Below are positions 57,463 to 64,000 of a stretch of 64,000 nt of DNA, piece after piece (position 1 is the stretch's first letter; every line of letters starts with the position of its first letter). The stretch comes from an uncultured Actinomycetes bacterium. GTDB taxonomy: Bacteria > Actinomycetota > Thermoleophilia > Solirubrobacterales > Solirubrobacteraceae. Position numbers and translations under genes: made by a program. The stretch lies in the NCBI GenBank assembly GCA_963830405.1, contig CAWHMB010000004.1:317940-381939 (forward strand), written 5' to 3'. The notes beneath the pieces were generated by a model that had not been told where the DNA came from, made no database searches, and saw only the letters and a program-made list of their open reading frames with translations.

Positions 57463-58905
57463 ATGATGGGCGAACAGCCCCCCAGTGGCTCGCCGGATCC
57501 CGTTGCGTCCGCGACCACAGCTCGGGCACCGGCGCCTCGTCGGAACCGAATCCTGATCGGCAGCCTGTTCGTACTTGCCACCGTCGTGGGGTTCTTCGCA
57601 GTCCTCGCCGTGTGGACGAACCGGCAGGCGCTCAATACCGACAACTGGACCAATACCAGTTCGCAACTGCTCCGGGACAAGGAGATCCAGACGGCGGTCT
57701 CCGCCTACACGGTGAACCAGCTCTTCAAGTCGGGGGTCCCTCAAGCGGAGATCAAGGCCGTTCTGCCGACGAAGTTGCAGCCCGTCGCCGGTCCGGCCGC
57801 GGCGGGGCTGCAGCAACTCGCCGGGCAGCTCGCACCGCGGGTCCTGGCCTCGCCACAGGTCCAGACGGCCTGGCGTGAGGCCAACCGCGCGGCGCACAGG
57901 ACCCTCCTGAAAATACTCAGCGGCGGCAACTCGCTCGCCACGACTCACGGTGGGGTGGTCACGCTCAATCTCCGCGCAATCGTCGACCAGCTGGCGAGCG
58001 CCCTGGGCGTGCAGTCGCAGGTAGCCGCTGTGCAGCAAAAGCTCAAAGCAAATGCCGGCACGGTGAGAGCGACGGCGAAGAAGGCCGGCATCACCTTACC
58101 TCCGTCGAGCGGCCAGCTGGTGATCCTTCGCTCCAACCAGCTCAGGACGGCGCAGGACATCGGCAGCGGCATCAACGGTTTGGCGCTCGTGCTTCCGCTA
58201 ATCGCCTTTGCGCTGTTCATCCTTGCCGTGTGGCTATCCAGAGGTCATCGCCAGCAGGCACTGAGGCTGACGGGCTGGTGCTTCGTTGCCATCGGCATAT
58301 TGGATCTCGTGATCCGGCGCATCGCCGGTAACGAGTTAGTCAACGGACTGGTCAAGAATCCGGCGAATAAGCCGGCAGCTCACCACGCGTGGGCGATCGG
58401 CACGACGTTGCTGTACGACATCGCGGCCGCGCTGGTCGTGTACGGGCTGGTCCTTGTCGTCGCAGCGTGGCTCGGGGGCCGGACGCGGCCAGCGGCAGCT
58501 CTGCGGCGCGCGCTCGCTCCGACTCTGCGTGAACGTCCCGCTGCCGGCTACATCGCGGTGTATGTCGGGCTGCTGCTTGTGATCTTCTGGGGTCCGACAC
58601 CGGCCACCCGGCAGATCGCCTACATAATCGGGTTCATCGTCTTGCTCGCCGTCGGTATGCACGTTCTTCGCAGTCAAACGGCCAGGGAGTTCCCGACGGC
58701 GCAGCACGGGGACACGATGCGCTCGATGCGGGCTTGGAACGAGCGGCGTCAGCAGCGCGTCTCGCAGACCCCGATGCAGCTGCAAGAAGAGCGGAACGGC
58801 GGCCGCGTCGCTGAACTGGAGCGGCTGGCAACGCTGCACGACAACGGTGCGCTTACTGATGAGGAGTTCGCGGCAGAGAAAGCCATGCTCATGCATCAAC
58901 CGTAA
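57463..58905 (+). CDS. multi-pass membrane protein with C-terminal SHOCT domain
   Basis: N-terminal TM, large soluble region, 5 TMs, LERLATLHDNGALTDEEFAAEKAML; start inferred. Confidence 0.75.
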   Translation: MMGEQPPSGSPDPVASATTARAPAPRRNRILIGSLFVLATVVGFFAVLAVWTNRQALNTDNWTNTSSQLLRDKEIQTAVSAYTVNQLFKSGVPQAEIKAVLPTKLQPVAGPAAAGLQQLAGQLAPRVLASPQVQTAWREANRAAHRTLLKILSGGNSLATTHGGVVTLNLRAIVDQLASALGVQSQVAAVQQKLKANAGTVRATAKKAGITLPPSSGQLVILRSNQLRTAQDIGSGINGLALVLPLIAFALFILAVWLSRGHRQQALRLTGWCFVAIGILDLVIRRIAGNELVNGLVKNPANKPAAHHAWAIGTTLLYDIAAALVVYGLVLVVAAWLGGRTRPAAALRRALAPTLRERPAAGYIAVYVGLLLVIFWGPTPATRQIAYIIGFIVLLAVGMHVLRSQTAREFPTAQHGDTMRSMRAWNERRQQRVSQTPMQLQEERNGGRVAELERLATLHDNGALTDEEFAAEKAMLMHQP

Positions 58906-58985
58906 GTCACAGAAGCGCTCAGGAGAAGCTCGCAACCGACCCGGGCGGCTTATCACGTTGCGCGAGCCAACCCGGATGCATAATT

Positions 58986-59681
58986 GTGAGGATGGTTCTG
59001 CGCGTGGCGCTAGCCGACGACAGCTACCTGGTCCGTGAGGGATTGCGCCAGGTGCTGGGTGGAGTCCAGGAGCTGGAACTGATCGCAATATGCGATGACG
59101 TCTACTCTCTCGTCGAGGCGATTGATAACGATCGCCCGAATGTCGTCGTAAGCGATATCCGCATGCCGCCTTTCCGCGACCGCGAGGGCATTCGTCTGGC
59201 CGGCCAGCTTCGTGAGACTCATCCAGAGATCGGCGTGGTGATCCTCAGTCAGTACGCCGATCCCAGCCTCGCACTGGACTTGTTTCGGTCCGGGTCCGAG
59301 GGGCGGGCGTATCTACTCAAGGAGCGGGTCGCAGAGCGCGGCGAGCTGGTGAACGCGATCCAAGCGGTCGCGGACGGTCGTTCGGTGGTCGACCCGAAGA
59401 TCATCGACGGGCTGATCGCCCACCGCGTGCGTTCGTCGCAATCCCCACTCGATGAGCTCACGGCGCGCGAACGCGAGGTGCTCGCGGCCGTTGCGGCCGG
59501 CAAGAGCAACGCTGCGATCGCGGCTTCGCTGTTTCTGACCAAGCGAGCCGTCGAAAAACATATAAATGCGATCTTCATGAAACTGAATTTGCGCGAGTCC
59601 GAAGACACGAGCCGGCGCGTAATGGCCGCGCTGATATTCCTCGCCGATGAAGACATGCAAGCGGGTTCGCCCGAGATCTGA
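58986..59681 (+). CDS. NarL/FixJ family response regulator
   Basis: LADDS, VSDIRMPP, YLLKE, LTAREREVL...GKSNAAIA...AVEKHINAIFMKL. Confidence 0.9.
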   Translation: MRMVLRVALADDSYLVREGLRQVLGGVQELELIAICDDVYSLVEAIDNDRPNVVVSDIRMPPFRDREGIRLAGQLRETHPEIGVVILSQYADPSLALDLFRSGSEGRAYLLKERVAERGELVNAIQAVADGRSVVDPKIIDGLIAHRVRSSQSPLDELTAREREVLAAVAAGKSNAAIAASLFLTKRAVEKHINAIFMKLNLRESEDTSRRVMAALIFLADEDMQAGSPEI

Positions 59682-59701
59682 GCGCCCGGCGTCCGCAAAT
59701 C

Positions 59702-59718
59702 TCATCCCTTTCGGTCGA
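59702..59718. promoter_or_regulatory. operator-like motif (2 mismatches)
   Basis: TCATCC-CTTTC-GGTCGA(TGC). Confidence 0.6.
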
Positions 59719-59792
59719 TGCGGGCCCGCTGGGTTGGCTCGAGAGTAGATCGGTAGTGCAGCCGTCGATCGATCTTCCGAAGGGAGAGCCAC

Positions 59793-60140
59793 ATGCCCGT
59801 AGTAGGCGCGGATACACACGAAACCCTGGCAGGCGTCGCAACCGGCGATATGACGATGCTCGAGGAGGCCCTCGGGATTCGGGAGGCGTTGGAGGAGCGC
59901 GCCGGTCTCGACGCGCGGTCGTTTGCGCTGGTAAAGATCGCCGCGCTGATCGCACTCGATGCGCCGCCGGCGTCATATGCGTGGCAAATCGGCAACGCGC
60001 TCGCCGCCGGCGTGACGCCTGAAGACATCCTTGGGGTGCTGCGTGCGGTGGCGCCACAGGTCGGCGGTCCCAAGGTCGTCGCGGCCGCGCCCGAGATCAT
60101 GGTGGCGCTCGGACTGGCACTCCCCGAGGGCGCCGAGTAG
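59793..60140 (+). CDS. CMD/AhpD-fold protein, subfamily A copy 3
   Basis: MPVVGADTH...FALVKIAALIALDAPPASY...VGGPKVVAAAPEI; RBS AGGGAGA. Confidence 0.75.
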   Translation: MPVVGADTHETLAGVATGDMTMLEEALGIREALEERAGLDARSFALVKIAALIALDAPPASYAWQIGNALAAGVTPEDILGVLRAVAPQVGGPKVVAAAPEIMVALGLALPEGAE

Positions 60141-60150
60141 GTGATCTGAG

Positions 60151-60427
60151 ATGCCCTTACTGCGACGTCGTCCTCTGCTTCGTGGGTCGGCGCGTCCTTG
60201 CTGGGCCGACGAGGTGGGCAATTCTGGGTGCGCTGGACACCACGCTTTCCGCCCTTGACGCCTCGCTGAGCTCGCCGCTGGCTCAGGAGGCCGGCGAGCG
60301 GATCAGGACCAGCTCGGTGATGGCCGACGTGATCGAGCCGACGCTGCGGCGCACGATCGATAGCCCGGAAGCCGAGCGCCTGATCCGAGAACTCGTCGAC
60401 AGCCGCCTCATAAGCTATCCCGTATGA
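60151..60427 (+). pseudogene. fused remnants: SHOCT-gene start plus piece of RDD-partner gene
   Basis: MPLLRRRPLLR at 60151, then TLRRTIDSPEAERLIRELVDSRL resembling ALERALASESAARLVDSLFDSGL of 1079..1618. Confidence 0.55.
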
Positions 60428-60443
60428 CGGGACAGCGATCCTC

Positions 60444-60890
60444 TATGCCGGGGCCGTCACCCGCACGATCGCGATCGTGCTCGACGCCTTGCGGATCAAC
60501 GTCGTCGCGCTCGCCGTGACCGGCGCCCTGCTAGTCATGCGCTCCGGGTTCGGCGTTACGGGCAAGCACCACGACGTAGACGCCGTAATCGCCGCCGCCC
60601 TATTCGCCGTCTGGGTCGTCTCATATTTCGTCGTCTTCTGGTCCACCACCGGGCAGACACCCGGTAACCGGGTCATGCAGATCCGCGTACTGCGCTCCGA
60701 CGGCGGGCGGCTGCGGCCGTACCAGGGATTCATTCGGCTCGGCGGGATAGTGCTCTCGCTGCCGCTGTTCTGGGGCTACCTGCCGATCCTTACGAGCGCT
60801 CGCCGAAGAGGCGTGCCCGATGCTCTCGCGGGCACCGTGGTGGTAGTTACCGACAACGATGGCATGCCTGGGCAGCCCCGGCCCACGTAA
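60444..60890 (+). CDS. RDD family protein, copy 2 (native start apparently lost)
   Basis: YAGAVTRTIAIVLD at 60444, WSTTGQTPGNRVMQIRV, RRRGVPDALAGTVVV; in-frame TAA at 60411 and first start codon (GTG 60477) lies after the YAG motif. Confidence 0.7.
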   Translation, partial: YAGAVTRTIAIVLDALRINVVALAVTGALLVMRSGFGVTGKHHDVDAVIAAALFAVWVVSYFVVFWSTTGQTPGNRVMQIRVLRSDGGRLRPYQGFIRLGGIVLSLPLFWGYLPILTSARRRGVPDALAGTVVVVTDNDGMPGQPRPT

Positions 60891-60901
60891 CGGAACGCAC
60901 G

Positions 60902-61588
60902 TCAACTGCCCAGGGCGATCCTCTCCGCCTCACACCGGGCAACGTGCTCCAGCGTATGCAGGCGTCGGAGCGGCGGTGACTTCAGCGTGCGGCCGGTGAA
61001 CAGGGTTGCGAGCGCGCAAGTCAAAAAGCACCCTGCTCCCAACGCCGTGGTCCAGTTCGCGGCCGCCTGGCTGAGTATCGAGCCGGTCGATGGCACGACG
61101 TGGCCGGCGACCGCCGAGACGCCGAACAAAACGCATCCGAGCAGGTTGATCGAGGGCTCCCACCATCCCGAGCCGTCATGAGCGGGGAGCCAGCCGTGCC
61201 GTGACGAAGCGCGGTACGCGATCGCAGCCGAGACCAGGAAGCAGATCGAGCCAAGGGCATCCGGCCGCCAGACGAGCTTGTTGTACTCGGAGTTGGCCAG
61301 AGCCGTATGCATGGCTCTAAACGTGGTCACGTTGAAGAACAGCGTGCCGGCGCACTGAATCGCGGCCGCCCACCAGGCTGCTCGACCCGCGGCGGGCGAG
61401 CGGCGCTCGGGAAAAGCGAGCGCGGCCTGCAACGCCCCACCGGCGGTGAACAGGGTGGAGCCGACGAAGAAGGTGACGGAGTCGGCAGTATCTCCGACGA
61501 GGCTCGCGTAGCCCGGAAACGGACCGATCACAAAGCAAGCCGACCCGGTCGCGAAGAACAGGGCCATCCAGCGCTCGCGAGTCAACAC
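60902..61588 (-). CDS. multi-pass membrane protein (YrhK-like repeats possible)
   Basis: About 6 TM; FFVGSTLFT, AGTLFFN, WRPDALGSICF. Confidence 0.6.
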   Translation of the reverse strand: MLTRERWMALFFATGSACFVIGPFPGYASLVGDTADSVTFFVGSTLFTAGGALQAALAFPERRSPAAGRAAWWAAAIQCAGTLFFNVTTFRAMHTALANSEYNKLVWRPDALGSICFLVSAAIAYRASSRHGWLPAHDGSGWWEPSINLLGCVLFGVSAVAGHVVPSTGSILSQAAANWTTALGAGCFLTCALATLFTGRTLKSPPLRRLHTLEHVARCEAERIALGS

Positions 61589-61687
61589 TGATCCTGGGGA
61601 ACGGACGCGGATCGGAGCGTTGCTCGGCTGCTCACCGGTTCCAGGCTGACGTTACTAATCCGACCGTGGTGCCTTTGGACCGATCGT

Positions 61688-63538
61688 TCAAACGACGGCG
61701 GATCTACGCCGCAGCTCCAGTGGTGAGGCTGGGATGGTTGCTGCGATCGTGGTGCCCCGGTCAGGACCAGACTGAATCCTGAGCCTCCCTCCGACAGCGG
61801 CTAGCCGGTCGCGCAGATTTCTGAGGCCGGTGCCTGGTCGCTGATTCTCTGCATCAAAGCCAAGGCCGTCGTCGTGGACCTCGAAATTCAGCTCCTCGTC
61901 TTGCCAAACCCTGACGGAGACGCAGGTCGCACCTTCAGCGTGCTTGACCGCGTTCTGCACGGCCTCCGAGCAAGAGAAGTAGAGCGTCGTTTCAATCGGG
62001 CGCGAGTACCGGCCGAGCCCTTCCGCGTAGACAGTCGTGGGAAGGCCTGTGGCCCTGGCGAGCATTGTCAGCGCTCCTCGCAGTCCGGTCTCCGCGAGCT
62101 CCGTGGGGTAGATCCCGTGGGCGAACGACCGGACCTCGTCGATCGTCGCATCGACCTCCTGTCCCAACGCACGGACTAGATCTCCTCCGGCGGCGTCCTG
62201 ACAGCCGATCTGCTCGGCGGCCAGTGCCAGCTTGATCCGCAGTGAGACGAGACGCTGCTGCGCACCATCGTGTATATCTCGCTCAATCTTCCGCCGCTCG
62301 CGACGTTCGGCATTGACGCCGACCGCCAGTGCTTCGGCGAGTTCCTTGAGCGAGGAACGCAGCTTTTCGCTGAGTCGATAGTTCTCGAGCGCGGCCAGCG
62401 CGTAGGATCCGGCCGTCTCGACGAGTCCCTGGTCCTCGGAGAGCGCTGGGTCGTGGACGACCGCGACCCGCCAGCTACCGTTCGCGATCTCGGTCACGGC
62501 ATGCTCGATCCCATCCTGGGGCATCGGGACCTGCTTGCCGGATTCGTCAAGCCACGCTCCGCCGTCATCCGGGAATGAGCGCAGGATCTGTAACGACGGG
62601 TCCTCGAGCGCGTCGGCCATCGCGCGGCCGGCCCCTAACTGATCGGCGCCGGTTTTCAGTTCTCGCGCGATTTGATCCAGCACCTTGGCGGCGAACAGGC
62701 GTCGATAAAGTCGGCCCGCTGCGGCTGCCAGCGCGACGGCGGGGAGGGACAGCACGTAGATCCAGCTCAGGACATGCAAGCTCGCAGTATCAGGGCCGGC
62801 CGCCCGGGCACGGAAGTAAACGGCGAGGATGACGACTTGAGCGACCGCGATCAGCGCAATCGGGCTGTTCATCCGGCGCAGCAGCGCTCCCGAGTTCCGC
62901 GCGCGCTGAATCACCATTGCCGCCACCGCGATAAGCACCGCGACCGTCAGGAGCTCGCGGAGCGGTTCGACGACGTTGGCCACCAGCGCCGGCGTCGAAT
63001 TGGCAAGCGCAAACGCGTTTCGCGGGCAGCCCCCCGTGCACATCGACCACGGCGAGGGGTTCGGGTACTGAGCAATCAGGGCTGTTGGCAGGTAGAGCAG
63101 CGCGACGAGAAGCGCCCCGGCGCCGAATAGTCGCCTGGAAACAGTCTCAGTCAGTCGCCCCGATGGGTAGCTGAGCAGCAGGTACACGACCGCCAGCTCG
63201 GCGAGCCATTGGCTCACCCGACCGGCGCTGTAGACGGTGGATTCGGGTGATCCGGCGAGCGCCGAGAGCGACCACACGAGCCCGCAGGCGATCAATACGC
63301 GCGCGAAACGGAGATCCTGTCCCCGCGCCAGATTGTAGAGCCCGACGCCAAACACGGCTGCCGCGCCGGACAGGAACACAGCTAGTGCGATGCTGCGGCT
63401 GCCTTGCGGTGCGCTGAGGAGCGCCGACCCAACGACGACGGTCGTGCCCAGGCAGACGGTGAGCGGCATCGCCAACCGCTTCGCGATCGGCACCGGAGGG
63501 CGCAACGCGAGCGAGGTCTGCTGAGTTAGCTCGTCCAC
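61688..63538 (-). CDS. membrane sensor histidine kinase (HisKA_3/NarX-like)
   Basis: About 7 TM, IERDIHDGAQQRLV H-box, EAVQNAVKH, DDGLGF, GTGLRNLRDRL; start uncertain (ORF open to 63721). Confidence 0.9.
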   Translation of the reverse strand: MDELTQQTSLALRPPVPIAKRLAMPLTVCLGTTVVVGSALLSAPQGSRSIALAVFLSGAAAVFGVGLYNLARGQDLRFARVLIACGLVWSLSALAGSPESTVYSAGRVSQWLAELAVVYLLLSYPSGRLTETVSRRLFGAGALLVALLYLPTALIAQYPNPSPWSMCTGGCPRNAFALANSTPALVANVVEPLRELLTVAVLIAVAAMVIQRARNSGALLRRMNSPIALIAVAQVVILAVYFRARAAGPDTASLHVLSWIYVLSLPAVALAAAAGRLYRRLFAAKVLDQIARELKTGADQLGAGRAMADALEDPSLQILRSFPDDGGAWLDESGKQVPMPQDGIEHAVTEIANGSWRVAVVHDPALSEDQGLVETAGSYALAALENYRLSEKLRSSLKELAEALAVGVNAERRERRKIERDIHDGAQQRLVSLRIKLALAAEQIGCQDAAGGDLVRALGQEVDATIDEVRSFAHGIYPTELAETGLRGALTMLARATGLPTTVYAEGLGRYSRPIETTLYFSCSEAVQNAVKHAEGATCVSVRVWQDEELNFEVHDDGLGFDAENQRPGTGLRNLRDRLAAVGGRLRIQSGPDRGTTIAATIPASPLELRRRSAVV

Positions 63539-63824
63539 CGGTAGGACCCCGGGCTCTGAGGCGGGGACCCACAACACTGAGCAGCCCGGCGGCGACTCAC
63601 GAAAGCAGTGCGTACACGGCGGTACCTGGTCATGTGGGTCCCATTGGTATGTGGAATCGACTACGAACCGAGGCGGTGTAGCCGGCCTGCGACCGTTAGC
63701 CCACTTCGCATCTGCGCGCAATGCCCCAGACGATCAGAGACCCCCTATGAAGCATCGCCTCCAAAAGGCTACCACTGCCAACTGGCTCGCCCAAAAATGC
63801 GGAATGGTGGGGTTCTGGCGCAGC

Positions 63825-63841
63825 TCATCCTTTTGGGGTGA
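63825..63841. promoter_or_regulatory. palindromic operator-like motif (exact)
   Basis: TCATCC-TTTTG-GGGTGA(TG) upstream of DUF1269 copy 2. Confidence 0.75.
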
Positions 63842-63910
63842 TGCTCCCCGCGTGTCGGCGCGCGACGGTTGCCGTCAGCACCAGCAACAAAGGAGAAAGG
63901 AGAGTTAGCA

Positions 63911-64000
63911 ATGGCAACTCTGATTGCAATCGGCTATCCGGATCAGACGACCGCCGAGGATGCGAGGCAGACCGTCCAGCGTCTCGAGGCGGATCTGATC
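63911..64000 (+). CDS. DUF1269 family protein, copy 2 (runs off window)
   Basis: MATLIAIGYPDQTTAEDARQTVQRLEADLI vs MATLVAIGYPDQETAEQARATVSRLEADLI; RBS AAGGAG. Confidence 0.85.
   Translation, partial: MATLIAIGYPDQTTAEDARQTVQRLEADLI

Overview
High-GC actinobacterial chromosomal DNA; Thermoleophilia/Solirubrobacterales-like is an inference from gene content, not a database result. About 70 recognisable genes or gene remnants and one tRNA-Leu(GAG). No rRNA, CRISPR, integrase or transposase is visible. The window is a dense, repetitive accessory neighbourhood built from one recurring gene set: 3 MalT-like STAND/LuxR regulators, 7 cysteine-pair-less carboxymuconolactone-decarboxylase (CMD)-fold small proteins, 3 DUF2252, 3 DUF1269, several SHOCT proteins, 3 GAP-family proteins, 3 two-TM-pore K+ channel genes, 2 cation:proton antiporters, 2 RDD, 2 PRC-barrel, 2 receiver-only proteins, a NarL-type two-component system, arylsulfatase plus formylglycine-generating enzyme, and a DyP peroxidase/DUF4331/sulfite oxidase operon. 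The strongest unexplained signal is a 17-bp palindrome, TCAYCC-N5-GGRTGA (often extended to CA...TG). I count 11 exact and about 15 near-exact copies, almost all intergenic or at gene starts, including upstream of all three MalT-like regulators. This suggests one large, uncharacterised LuxR-type regulon. Other signals: a second 12-bp palindrome (TCACC-N2-GGTGA), an inverted duplicate of a GAP/CMD/MalT/CMD cassette, a degenerate att-like copy of the tRNA 3' part, three short tandem duplications, and about 12 decayed paralogues. Family calls come from motifs recognised by eye. Start codons are best guesses, and single-base frameshifts could be sequencing errors.
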